Positions 47,740 to 60,250 of a DNA stretch of 64,000 bases are shown here, one piece after another. A program made the position numbers and the translations under genes. Source of the DNA: Octopus sinensis (taxonomy: Eukaryota); contig NC_043005.1 of NCBI RefSeq assembly GCF_006345805.1, forward strand, positions 100,378,001 to 100,442,000. The letters are read 5' to 3'. A model generated the notes under the pieces. It did no database searches, was not told the origin of the DNA, and saw only the letters and a list, made by a program, of their open reading frames with translations. Within the stretch, counting starts at the first letter, position 1, and each line of letters starts with the position of its first letter.

Positions 47740-48042
47740 CAATGCCTGAAATTTTGAGGGAATGGAGTGGGTTGATTGCATCAACCCTATTACTTAACTG
47801 GTATTTATTTTATCAACTGAGGAAGGATGAAAGGCAAAGCTGACCTCAGCAAGAATATAAAAATCCGTATTTTATCTGACATGCTAGCAATCCTGTTACT
47901 TCACTGCCTTAATTCTAACATTCCACCAAGGTTGACTTCCCTTTCATCCCTTCAGCCAGAATTTGAACTCAGAACCTAGTGGCAGACAAAATATGTTAAG
48001 CATTTCACCCAGTGTGCTAACGCTTCTGCCAGCTCACCACCT
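47740..48042 (-). mobile_element. Diverged family B SINE pieces
   Basis: GGATGAAAGGCAAAG.TGACCTC, GAATTTGAACTCAGAA and CTGCCAGCTCACCACCTT motifs. Confidence 0.7.
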
Positions 48043-48054
48043 TCAGGAAAGGAT

Positions 48055-48447
48055 ACTCTTTTACTCTTTTACTTGTTTCCGTCATGTGATTGTGGCCATG
48101 CTGGAGCACCGCCTTCAGTTGAGCAAAACGACCCCAGGACTTATTCTTTGTAAGACTAGTACTTATTCTATCGGTCTCTTTTGCTGAACTGCTAAGGTAT
48201 AGGGACATAAACACACCACCATCGGTTGTCAAGCAATTTTGGGGGGAGAAACATTAACACACAAGCATATATACATACATATATATGACAGGCTTCTTTC
48301 AGTTTCCGTCTACCAAATCCACTCACAAGGCTTTGGTCAGCCCCAGGCTATAGTAGAAGACACTTGCCCAAGGTATCATGCAGTGGGACTGAACCTGGTA
48401 CCATGTGTTTCGTAAGCAAGCTACTTACCACACAGCCACTCCTGCGC
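48055..48447 (-). mobile_element. SINE family A, full length
   Basis: Complete minus-strand copy. Confidence 0.9.
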
Positions 48448-48494
48448 CTATAGTATACCTTAGTAATAACAACAATAATAATAATAATAATAAT

Positions 48495-48860
48495 GAGCAC
48501 TTGGAATGATCAAAAAGGAACTGAAAATTATTTGAGGATGATCCTTGGTTTACTGTCCATGCAACAAGAGCAAAAGATTGTCTCAGCTTGAATGTCACAT
48601 GTGTTGAGAGGAGCACAGGGATGTGAACATTTTTTTTGTTTTCTTTTTCATATTTTCGTTTTTCCTTTCTTTCACTTTTCTCTGTCTTTCTTCCCCATTT
48701 TCTTTATCTCATGACTTTGTAAAATGAACAATCTTGTGTGTTTATTTTAATGGACTACCAGTGTATACAGTGAGTTTCTTTGCCCTAGGTGTTGGGAAGA
48801 CACTTGGCAAGAAATGGAAACAAAATTGAAAGAAGATAATCCTAATAATAATAAGAAGAA
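48495..48860 (+). mobile_element. R4/Dong-type LINE 3' end (C-terminus and 3' UTR) between (TAA)n tracts
   Basis: ALGMIKKGTENYLRMILGLLSMQQ..KIV...HVLR (with a frameshift). The UTR CAGTGAGTTTCTTTGCCCTAGGTGTTGGGAAGACAC also occurs, reverse-complemented, at 51270-51310. Confidence 0.7.
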
Positions 48861-49609
48861 TCATAATAATAATAAGCAAGCAACAAACAGCTAAACTGAA
48901 AATATATTTCAGTTGTAAAGATAGCATTTCAAATTATGGCATTTTAAAGTACTCAGATACAAAAATATCTTCAAGTCTTGATATTTGAAATGTAAATTGC
49001 CATTTTTGTTTTGTTTCATTTCTTGTTGGGATGTCAGTTTTGCTCATTTGAATCTAGAAGCATCTTTCTACAATTTTAAATAAACATTGCCTACGATTTA
49101 AGTGATGTTAACAAAGAAGAAGTGACATCTTCAAATTTCCCAGGTTTTGAATAAAGAGAGAAAAAAAAAAACTATTAATGAATCAGAAAAAGATATCTTC
49201 ATTTTAGCATTCATTTGATGTTCACTATTCAAAGAAATCCTTTATCACTACCAACAACCCACCCCCACCCCTAGCACCACCACAATGACAACCACCACCA
49301 CCACCATGACCACGAATACTACTACTACTACTTAGGTGATGAGCTGGGATAATTGTTAACTCATTGGACAAGAGCTTTAGTGGTATCTCTTTCAGCTTGT
49401 TGCATTCTGAGTTCAAACTGCACAGAGGTCAAACTTGCTGGCCTTGTGCCAAAATTAAAAATTATAATCATTAGTATTATTGGCAAAATTATTGGAGTGT
49501 CGAGAAAAATGGCAAGCAGCATTTTTCTGGCTGGTCTTAATGTTTTGATTTGAAATCTTGTCTACATCAACGTTATCTTTCACTCTAATCATCATCCTCC
49601 TCCTCCTTA

Positions 49610-50055
49610 TCATCATCGTTTAACATCCGCTTTCCATGCTGGCATGAGTTGGATGATTTGACTAAGGACTAGCAAACCAGATGGCTGCACCAGGCTCCAA
49701 TCTCGATCTGGCAGAGTTTCTACAGCTGGATACCTTTCCTAACACCAACCACTCCGAGAGTGTAGTGGGTGCTTTTTACGTGCCACCGGCACGGGGCCCA
49801 GTCAGGCGGTACTGGCAACGACCTCGCTCGAATGGTATTTTTTACGTGCCACCTGCATAAGAGCCAGTCCAGCAGCACTGGCAACGACCTTGCTCAAATA
49901 TTTTTTCACGTGCCACCAGCACAAGTGCCAGTAAGGGGACTCGAATGGTGCTTTTTACGTGCCACCGGCATGGAAGCCAGTTTGCTGCTCTGGCAACGAT
50001 CATGCCTGGATGGTGCTCTTAGCGCTCCACTAGCACGGATGCCAGTCATCGAATG
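49610..50055 (-). mobile_element. SINE family D, long copy with an internal ~55-65-bp minisatellite (TTTTACGTGCCACC...CTGGCAACGA)
   Basis: The (CAT)n tail side and family D motif at 49610-49760 are followed by four imperfect repeats. Confidence 0.85.
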
Positions 50056-50212
50056 TGATTTCAATGATACCAATAAAATAAAGGACATCCAATCCTTGGG
50101 TCAATGGAATTGACTAACCCTTAGTCTTCAAAATTACTAGTCTTTCACCTAAATCAAAAAGAAAAAGCATTAAAGATGGTGGGCCGGAAGAATTTTTAGA
50201 GCATCAAGAAAT

Positions 50213-50391
50213 TTGACTGTGACCATGCTGGAGCACCATCTTTAGTCAAGCAAATCGACCCTAGGACTTATTCTTTGTAAGCCTAGTACTTATTCTATCA
50301 GTCTCTTTTGCCTAACCACTAAGTTACAGAGACATAAACACACCAACATCAGTCGTTAAGCAATGTTGAGGGGACAAACACAGACACACGA

Positions 50392-50430
<39 letters not shown>

Positions 50431-50600
50431 CATATATATGACAGGATTCTTTCAGTTTCTGTCTACCAAATCCACTCACAAGGCTTTGTTCAGCCTGAGG
50501 CTATAGTAGAAGACACTTGCCCAAGGTGCCATGCAGTGGGACTGAACCAGGAACCATGTAGCTCGTAAGCAAGCTACTTACCACACAGCCACTCCTACGT
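50213..50600 (-). mobile_element. SINE family A, near full length
   Basis: Minus-strand copy. Confidence 0.9.
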
Positions 50601-50819
50601 CTATGTATCTAAATCAAAAATTAAAAACCAAAGGACCCCTTTGGTCATGAATGACCATGGGGCTGCCCCTAAAAAGTTGCCTTCTAAGGTACAAGTCCAG
50701 GCAGCTTCCTCTTTCTTCATGCTACAGATGTTATCCAAGGGTAAGGCAAAGAACGATACAGATCAGCATCAGTGATGTTTCAACGCATTTCTACAACCTG
50801 GTCTAAGATAAAAACCAAT

Positions 50820-51166
50820 ATCATTATTATTATTATGAGTTTTTCACCTTCCATCAATTTTGTTTCCATTTCTTTCTGAGTGCTTCCTGACACCCTGGGG
50901 AAATGAACACACTGTCTACATTCATAGACCATTAAAATAAACACATCAGATTGTTCATTTACAAAATTAAATTAAGTTATGTAAAAAAATAAATTAAGGT
51001 AATCAATCTCACAATGACAATGTTCTCAATACACGTGACATACCAGTTAAAACAATTTTACACACATCTTGCAGTGAAGGTAAACCAGGAATTATCCTCA
51101 AATAATTTCCAGTTCCTTTTATCATTATTTTTATTATTATTATTATTATTATTATCAGCATCATCA

Positions 51167-51204
<38 letters not shown>

Positions 51205-51510
51205 GTTGTTGTTGTTGTTGTTGTTGTTATTAGTTTTTCTTCCTTTAATTTTGTTTCCATTTCATATTAAGTGTCTTCCCAACACCTAGGGCAAAGAAAC
51301 TCACTGTATACATTGATAGGTCATTATGATAAACACACGGAATTGTTCATTTACAAAATCAAATAAAGTTACGTAGAAAGGGATATTGTTCTTGCAGTGA
51401 CGATGCTCTTCTCAATATGTATGATGTACCAATTAAAATAATCTTTTTCACTTCTCACAGTGCAGGCATAGCAAGTCAGGAACCATTCTCAAATTATTTT
51501 CAATGCCTTT
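50820..51510 (-). mobile_element. Two tandem R4/Dong-type LINE 3' ends, each with its own (TAA)-type tail
   Basis: IKGTGNYLRIIPGLPSLQDVCKIVLTGMSRVLRTLSL* (51120-51009) and a parallel diverged copy at 51235-51510. Confidence 0.8.
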
Positions 51511-54032
51511 TATCATCATCATCATCATTCATCTTCTTTTCCTCCTCCCCCCTTCCTCCTCCTTCTTTTTCTCCTCCTCCTCTTTCTCCTCCTTCTTCTT
51601 GTTCTCCCCCCTCCTCCTCCTTCTTACTATTATCATTAAAGTGGCAAGAATCGTTAGGACGCCAGGCTGTTCCCTCCGTTCTGAGTTCAAATTCGTTAAG
51701 GTTCACTTAGCCTTTCACCCTTTCGGGGTGCATAAAATAAGTACCAGAATGATTACTGTGAGCATAATTAAAGGTTGTTTACCATTCCATCTGTGGCATC
51801 AAATTGTTTGAGAGTTAACATATTTAGAACAAGAATTTATTGTTATCATCACAAAATTGCAGCCCTTGTGGCAAAATTTGAAACCATTATTATTGTTGTT
51901 GTGAATATAGTTTATTAAAGTTTATTTAGTCTTGGTTTGTACTTTCCTATGAATATATTTTCTTTGTTTATTCCTGTTTGGTCTGTGGTACTGTCTGAAC
52001 AAAGGTAAAAAGAAAAGACTTGGAACTTAGGAAACTTATTTTTTTCCCATAGGTTTATGTGTCCACTCAGTAGGATCTGTCTAGTACAGGGGTCTCGTAT
52101 TTGTTATCTATGAATAGTTAGTCTATTTCTGAGAGTGAGTTTTGTTTGACCTATGTAATCCATGTTACCTCCTTTACATTTATGCACTCTTTTACAATGT
52201 GTCAAACAATCTCACTTTTATTAATTCATAACCTGCATTTGTCACTCTCTGCTGAAATGTCAGTTATGGGTTTGGTATTTGTTGTAAGTGATTGTTCCTG
52301 CACAATACATATAACTACTTCTTTCTCTGGCTCGAAGTCAATCTTTCTCAGCCAGTACTGCTATCCATTAGCATCTGTTTTTCTGCTCACCTCTCTTGCA
52401 AACAGTTAGAGCATCATTTTATCATTCCATTTTGTTTTGTCTTCCTTATTCCATTTTTTATTGTACTCTTTGTCACCCTGAAAGTATCTGTCCTGATTAT
52501 ACCAGATATTCTCACCTGAAACAGCAAGGCTTCTAAGGTACTTTTAATATATCAACCCAAGCTAGCCCTCACCCATCTTTGTGCTTTGTTAGATACAGCT
52601 AATAGGATTTTCATTGAGGTAAATTGATCAGAAAAATACAGATGTCCTTTCATTACGAAAAGAAGTTTCTTAGCAGGGCACTTCTTGGAAGAATTTATAA
52701 TATTTTTGGACAAAAATTTGGTTTTATTAAACATGTCAAAGTTTGTCAAGTTATTGTGTCAGTTGATGTTGAGAAGGAAGCATAGAAATGTTTAGTTAAA
52801 GTTCTTCAAATACTTAACATATATCAATTTTTATCAATGTAACGATTCCAGCTATACCCTGGTTTGGGTTTGGTTCAAGTAATAATTGCTTTCAATTTAT
52901 CTTTAAGGGATGAATGTGAAAGGTACTTAACTTTTAAACAGTTGGCAACTAGCCATATGCAATGTAAACTAACTACATTAAATTTTATATTGAATTTTTT
53001 AATACACACTGTTTATGCAAAAATATATTAATCAGTTAATCAAACCACTGACTAATGCATGATATGCAAAACAGGTTTGACATTTCAGTTAGGTTCTGGG
53101 TTGTGCTTGATTTAAATAGTGATTATTAGAAAGTTCTCTTTGTATGTAGAAAGGTGTTGGGTATTTATTCTCTGAAAGTGACCAACTAACCACGAAATGT
53201 ATCAGAATAATCTTCTTCATCTTTTTATATTCAGAAAGAATAACGAAATGTATTTACATTCATTTATTTTCCATAGCAGCATAATTATTATAAACTGTTG
53301 GCTAATTACATTAAGTTAAACAAATTACAATAATCAAATTGAATGGCATTGATAAATGTTTGCATTGCATTTGCTTCATTTTTGTCAGACGGCTAATTAA
53401 TAGACTTGTCCTGCCATTTCTTTATTTCAATGGATTAAACCTATCACAAAATAATTGAACCTAATTATTATTTTTCTCATAAATAACTTCAGTTGATCAA
53501 ATAAGATTATTACTGATGTATTACAGACACCTGACATTGTTTGTACTAATAACATAGGTGAGCTTTAGGCTGTTAAGCAAAACTAACACTCAATATAATA
53601 TCAGTATTTGTACATTTTCAGTGTTAGACCACACAAAAGTTAATTTATATTATATTCAAGTCAGGGGAAAATATTTAATACTCATATCTTAGTAACTAAA
53701 GTAACAGTGTCATTTATCAGTGAGTTCACATAATGTAATATTTAAGGTTCGTATTTTTGGTTTGGTTTAAAATATAAGGACCAAATTAGCTACAATTCAC
53801 TGCATGTCTAAGACTTTGTCTTTTCAGGTTTAACCTTGTATATATCGTAAATATAATGATGAGCAGGTAAATACCAAGTGTTCAGTAAAATAATAATTAG
53901 TGGAAGCCTTGTGTTTCTTTCAATTACATAGCTCCCACATGAGTTGACCTATATTCACTGACCCTTTAAATATGCAAATAACTATGTAATTTTATAAAAT
54001 AGGTAAGTCTTTAATTTAGAAACCATTTTTAA

Positions 54033-54240
54033 CCCTTTAACATTCAAATTATTTTGTCAAATCTTATGTTTCTTTAATCACATTGTTTTGAATTAATCAT
54101 TCATTATCTCATAACTTCGAGATTTCGATGGTGTGATTGTTACCATTGTAGGAAAGGTGTGAGGGGCTGAATTTGGATGGTTTGAATGTGAAACAGGCAG
54201 AACATGTTGGCCAGAAAAAGCCGGTTTGAAAGCTAAATGG
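54033..54240. mobile_element. piggyBac-like MITE, diverged
   Basis: TTAA|CCCTTTAACATT ... AAAGCTAAATGG|TTAA. Confidence 0.6.
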
Positions 54241-54298
54241 TTAATGGATGCTACCAGTGTCACATGTGTTTAACTTGGTCTGATATTACATGTTAATA

Positions 54299-55569
54299 TC
54301 AGGTTGAGTAAAAAGTAAGCAATGTTTTGAACCATGAAGAATTTGTAACAGACTTTTGCAGAGTTTTGAATTTTTTAAAACATTTTTTTTGCAATTGTCT
54401 GATAATACAGACATAGAATTGCCCAAATGCATCAATAACTTAACATAGATATTTTCCCCACCATTGTTACAATCATCTGAAATGGAACTGCCTAAGTTCA
54501 GTATTTGAGCAATTTTGCTATTCAACTTCAAAACAGGATGTAAAGCAGCTGAAACCATTTGCAATATCAACGAAACATTTGGCGAGGAAATGACCAATGA
54601 CTGGTCAGCTCAAAAATGGTTTAAATGATTTTGCAGTGGAGACCTGAGCCTTGAAGATTGTGAGCATAGTGGACGCCCATCTGTCATCAATGATGGTCAA
54701 TTAAAGAATGTCATTGAGAAAGATCCATGTAAAACCACTCAAGAACTAATAAAAGAACTTCAAGTTAGCCAGAAAACTGCATGCAATCAGAAAATCAAAA
54801 AGGCTTGACAGATGGGTACCACACGATTTGAATGAAAATCAGAAAATGCGCAGATATGGAATTTGCTTCTCGCTTCTCTCTGTAACCAGACCTATCCATT
54901 TCTCAACTGTATTGTAACTTGCAATGAAAAGTGTATCCTGTACAATAATGAAAACTGTTCTTTGCAGTGGTGGGACCAAAAGGAAGCACCAAAAACTTTC
55001 CCTAAACCCAAACTCTTCAAAAAGAAGGTCTTGGTGACTGTTTGGTGGTGTACTACTGGATTCATCCATTATAACTTCTTAAAACCTGGAAAAAACCATT
55101 TCTGCAGAAACATATTACCATGAAATTGCCAAAATGAATGAAAACTGCTCCTCCTCCGTCCCAGACTGGTCAACAGAAGAGGGCCAATCATTCTTCATGA
55201 CAATGCTCGACCACTCGTTTCACTAGTGATGCTTCAGAAATTGAGGGAACTTGGCTACGAAGTTCTTCCCCACCCAGCTTAGTCCCCAGACCTGTTTCCT
55301 ACCAAATACCACTTTTTCAAGCACCTTGATGGTTTCCTCTGAGAGAAGGAGCTCAAAAATCAGACCAATGCTGAAAATCAGTTTAAAGAGTTCATCAGCT
55401 CCAGAACTCCAGATTTTTATGTTACCAGAATAAATAAACTTGTAATTCATTGGCAAAAATGTGTTGATTGTAATGGTACTTACTTTGCTGAATAAAATTT
55501 CTGCATTGTTGATATATATTGCGATGAATTTCACGTTTCAAAACATTGCTTACTTTTTACTCAGCTTGA
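54299..55569 (+). mobile_element. Full-length mariner transposon (1271 bp), inactive
   Basis: TIRs TCAGGTTGAGTAAAAAGTAAGCAATGTTTTGAA and TTCAAAACATTGCTTACTTTTTACTCAGCTTGA; TA TSD at 54297-98 and 55570-71. Confidence 0.95.
54482..55495 (+). pseudogene. mariner (Mos1/Hsmar1-like, D,D34D) transposase pseudogene
   Basis: MELPKF..FNFKTG.KAAET, SGRPS, WVPHDL, IVTCNEK (D1 to N), HDNARP, SPDLFPTKYHFF (D3 to K), WQKCVDCNGTYFAE*. Multiple stops and frameshifts. Confidence 0.95.
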
Positions 55570-56082
55570 TACACAGCTCATCAATACATCCACACATGCA
55601 TGTGTTTTCATATGCTGATGCATGTACTCAATTTCCATGCAGAGTTAGTGCTTTGGAGTATGTTTTTGAACCCTAAAATGGAAGCCACAACATAGACTCT
55701 ACTTGAACTTCTATTTCTCTGGTGAACGAGTTAATACATTGCAGTTAACATATACAGATTATTTTATTTTGTGATGGTAACAATAAGCCGTGTCATGAAT
55801 GTGTTAACTCTCAAACAATTTAATGCCACAGTAAATCATTGTCAATGTGTTAAAACCCAGACAAAAGATAAATATCCATCTTTAGAAAACATATTTGGAC
55901 ACAAGTATTTTCAAGATATTTTGCTACAAGCAAATATTTGGATGGTGTTAGCTGTTTTGGGACTAAACAAATATTATTTGTATATAATTTTACGAATTAT
56001 GTAATGCTTAGTAAAAAATCAAAATCAAAAAAAAACATTATACATCGTCTGTTGAACAACTTATCTCATTTACACCTCACAG

Positions 56083-56090
56083 ACAAAATG
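56083..56090 (+). other. Candidate start-codon exon end (…cag|ACAAAATG|gtaaga)
   Basis: Pyrimidine-rich acceptor CTTATCTCATTTACACCTCACAG, CAAAATG Kozak-like context, strong donor GTAAGA at 56091. Motif evidence only. Confidence 0.3.
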
Positions 56091-56318
56091 GTAAGACAAT
56101 GCCACAAAGAATAGCCTGAGATATCTACTGCATTAAACACTCATCTTCATGGGGTTTCTTTCTTCATTTCAATTTGATGGAGAAGAGCAGCAGTTTTGGG
56201 ACCAAAGACACCAAAGAACTCAACAGTAACCAGCATCTAAAGGAATCTGTCCAATAACGGCTCCTACTCAGTTGTCTTCCACTCCTCTTTAAAGTAGGGA
56301 TCAACTTCTCAGCTTATA

Positions 56319-56546
56319 TATTTCTTTACTGCCCACAAGGGGCTAAACATAGAGGGGACAAACAAGGACAAAGGGATTAAGTCGATTATATCGACCCCAG
56401 TGCAAAACTGGTGCTTTATTTATCGACCCTGAAAGGATGAAAGGCAAAGTCGACCTCAGCGGAATTTGAACTCAAAACAAAACGACAGGCGAAATACTGC
56501 TAATTATTTTGCCCGGTGCGCTAACGTTTCTGCCAGCTCGCCACCT
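56319..56546 (-). mobile_element. SINE family B, full length, with an 18-bp TSD
   Basis: TSD TCAACTTCTCAGCTTATA at 56301-56318 and 56547-56564. Confidence 0.95.
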
Positions 56547-57234
56547 TCAACTTCTCAGCTTATAACTGAAAGAAAAATGGCTCTAGAGAAGGAGTTGCAA
56601 CATCTTAGATGAGTGAGTTTTCCCTATCAAATAGAGAAAGCTTTATCTCATCCAGAAACCTACCAATTTTTCAGACAACAGAAATCCTTTATTTTAGAAG
56701 ATTAACTCAAAATCCCGTATGATAAAGATGAAAGAAAGCTATACAAGTATTCAGCCTCTATAAATGAAATAAAGCACAAAATAAATTATCCTGCATGTAG
56801 CGTATACTGAGACTGACCATGTCTAACTGTAGCAATATACCACATGTAGTCCACTCTGCCATGTATGAATAACATAGCAGTAATGTAGTATGTCTAACTA
56901 ATTAACAATCATCATTTCTTTGAGTCAACAATTAACATTTGATAAACTGGATATGTGAAGGTTTTTCTATAGGCCCCAGGTGACCGTTTCCTTATTGGGG
57001 AATCTCATGTCATAACATTTAAACACATCTGTTTGCCATGTCTGTCTTGATCATGGAAGATTCCATGTCATGATTTTAAAGTTTTGTTAATTGTCCATGC
57101 CATGTTCATTCATACATTGCTTTTGTGACTAAAACAATGATCATATTTCTTCTCCATCATCGTCATCATCATCATCATCATCATCACCCCCACACCACCA
57201 TCATCATCATCATCAATATTATTGTTATTATTAC

Positions 57235-57790
57235 TGAGTGAGAGAGCAGAGCGTGCAATCAAAGTGACACTGGGGTAAAATATACGAAGCTCAGTATACC
57301 CATCATGACTACCCATCTGATAAGGGTACACTAAGCACATGCATCACAACCATATGTGCATTACATGGTGATCTAATATTAAGACAAACAACACATGACC
57401 TTGCAGGTGGGGCCCAGTTAGAATTTTCTTCTGGTCGAGTAACCCATCCCGCTCAAAAGATCCCTGAACAAGGGTTATGGAAGGATACTGAACATAACAC
57501 CCATGCCACCAGAGGTGAATTATTCAAACCCCAAAGAATCCCTCTCAACACATAGCTTTGATGCTCCCCCAATACTTCTGCTTGTGATCAGAGATGCACA
57601 TATCGTCAGCCACTAAGGGACATGCTCAACTGGTTAAGGTCAAACAACTGACAAGTAGATCTGTGGTATTGAGAAAAATATTTACTGTAGTCCATCTTTA
57701 ATACCAAGTCAAAACAATGTACATGAAAACACTTTCAATCAGTTAAGATCAAAAACCATGAGAGCCACTGCCTGGTACTGAATCAGGGCA
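57235..57790. mobile_element. 556-bp unclassified element in a (TTA)n tract, copy 2
   Basis: Collinear with 13197-13752. Confidence 0.85.
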
Positions 57791-57823
<33 letters not shown>

Positions 57824-57837
57824 ATCATCATCATCAT

Positions 57838-58004
57838 TTTGGTTTGGCTCAAATTCGATCATATTCTTGGTAGGATTTATGTAGGTAGCAGGTTACTCAC
57901 TGTAACCTAAGGTCTCCACAAATTTTTAGTTGTCTTTCAAGTGCTTAGAACCCTCTTGATAATACTTGCTGTCCCTAAGAGATAAACTTTTATTATTATC
58001 ATCA

Positions 58005-58048
<44 letters not shown>

Positions 58049-58165
58049 GCCTTTGCACAGCTTCTAATGCTGGAGATGTATGACAGTGTCAGCTGTTCAC
58101 TACCAGTGAACTAAGGTAACACCACTTATTTTTCGAGAACCTTCTGGAGTATTCGAGTGGTTCCA
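57838..58165 (-). mobile_element. Two R4/Dong-type LINE 3' ends separated by (ATT)n
   Basis: KVYLLGTASIIKRVLST* (57990-57925) and LLQKIAQLGTTRILQKVLEK* (58165-58100), each followed by a UTR and a TAA-type tail. Confidence 0.75.
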
Positions 58166-58824
58166 AGCTGTGCTATTTTCTGCAATAATAATAATAATAA
58201 TAATAATTATTATTATTATAATGGATGAGCTGGTAGAATTATTAGCATGTCATATGAAATCCTTAGTAGCATTTCTTTTGGCTTTATACTCTAATTTCAA
58301 ATTCCTCTGAGATTCAAATTTTGCTTTGCCTTTCATCCTTTTGGGGTCATTAAAATTGGCAGCAACTGAGAATTGGTGTCTATGTAACAGACTAACCCCT
58401 ACCAAAATAAAAATTGAAAAAAAAATTTCATGCCTTATACCTACAGAAAAAGAATTATTATTATCATTATTGTTATTGTTATAGGCAACAAGTTGTGACT
58501 GCTAATATTTCTACCGATACCATGAGCCTAACGACTTCCAGTACACAGTCTTTATTAGCAAACCAATCATTATCATTCGTTATTACTGTTGCCATCACCA
58601 TTGGCCTTATTACAATCTACATTATCATCACTATAGGTGCTAAATGATGACGATGACAATGACGAAATTTATGAATATAAAGGTCAGATAATGATAATGA
58701 TGTTGATGATGATGATGGTGATGATGATGAAAATGCACAATGAGGATGATGAGAATGTTGAAAGATGTTAAAGGGACAGTTGTGAAAACAGGACCAGGTT
58801 TTAAAAGAGCAACAGGAAGACGGA

Positions 58825-58834
58825 ATATATATAC

Positions 58835-58871
<37 letters not shown>

Positions 58872-58958
58872 TATATACACATATATATATACATATACAT
58901 ACATATAGATATACATATGTATACATATATATAGATATACATATATATAGATATACAT

Positions 58959-59013
<55 letters not shown>

Positions 59014-59227
59014 CATATACATACATATATATAGATATACATATATATACATATATATAGATATACATATATATATATATACATATACATATATACATAT
59101 ATATAGATATACATATATATACATATACATATATATACATATATATATATATATACATATATATACATATACACATATATATATGCATATATATATACCA
59201 GAGTCATTCTTGTTGCTTATTTTGAGC

Positions 59228-59282
<55 letters not shown>

Positions 59283-59683
59283 TATAGATATACATATATA
59301 TATATATACATATATAACACTCACACACAACATATGTATAGATTAAGTCCGTAAAACCCAGATAACATTGTAAAGTATTAGTAAGGGGGTGGAGGTGCAG
59401 AAGTGATCAATATTTTAACACTTTGATGTGTTATACATATGAAACATGCAATAATCCTACAGGAGATTGACGCCATCAAATGATGGCTTACCAAATATGA
59501 TGAGAAAAGGAGAAAGTAGAGAACAAAAAGCAAGAAAGAATACAGAAAAAGCAAATTGGATGACAGAATGTATGTTAGCATTAATAAATCAATAGAAAAT
59601 TGAGAAGCAAATTTCTTTAATATAATCAGAAGCAATAAATTAGAAGAATTTTTTTAATGCTTGGAAGTATGTATGGCTTACAA

Positions 59684-59765
<82 letters not shown>

Positions 59766-60250
59766 GTATATATATTTATGTTTATATATATATATAATAT
59801 ATATATATATACATATAAGCATGCACATACATTCAGCTACAAATACATATATATTAATGTACATAGATACATATTAATATACATGTGTGTGTGTGTGTGT
59901 ATGCATATAGTTACAGACACATATAAACACACATACATACATGCACACACATAGATCTACACATATCAGACACATTTATGATTATATATCTATGTGTGTG
60001 TTTGAGTCTATGAACACATATACATATATTTCTCCACACACACACACACACACGCAAGCACACACACACACCTACCTAAGTACTTAAATGTGCAAACATG
60101 TGTGTGTATACACATACACACACATATCAGTGTGTAAATCCGAATAGATGTGTCAGTGTGCATACATACCTTAGCATATAACCAGATATACATGCTAACA
60201 AACATTCACACACTCACACACACACACACACACGCACACACACACATTAC
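58825..60250. repeat. Compound (TA)/(CA)/(TATATATAGATATACA) microsatellite blocks
   Basis: Directly visible; source of the spurious YI-rich ORFs. Confidence 0.9.

Noticed and set aside
49770-50050. CRISPR-like spaced repeats (TTTTACGTGCCACC...)
   Set aside because: The intervening segments are mutually similar, the array lies inside a family D SINE, there are no cas genes and the context is eukaryotic. It is a minisatellite.
58617-59954. YI-rich ORFs up to 196 aa
   Set aside because: Same microsatellite artefact.
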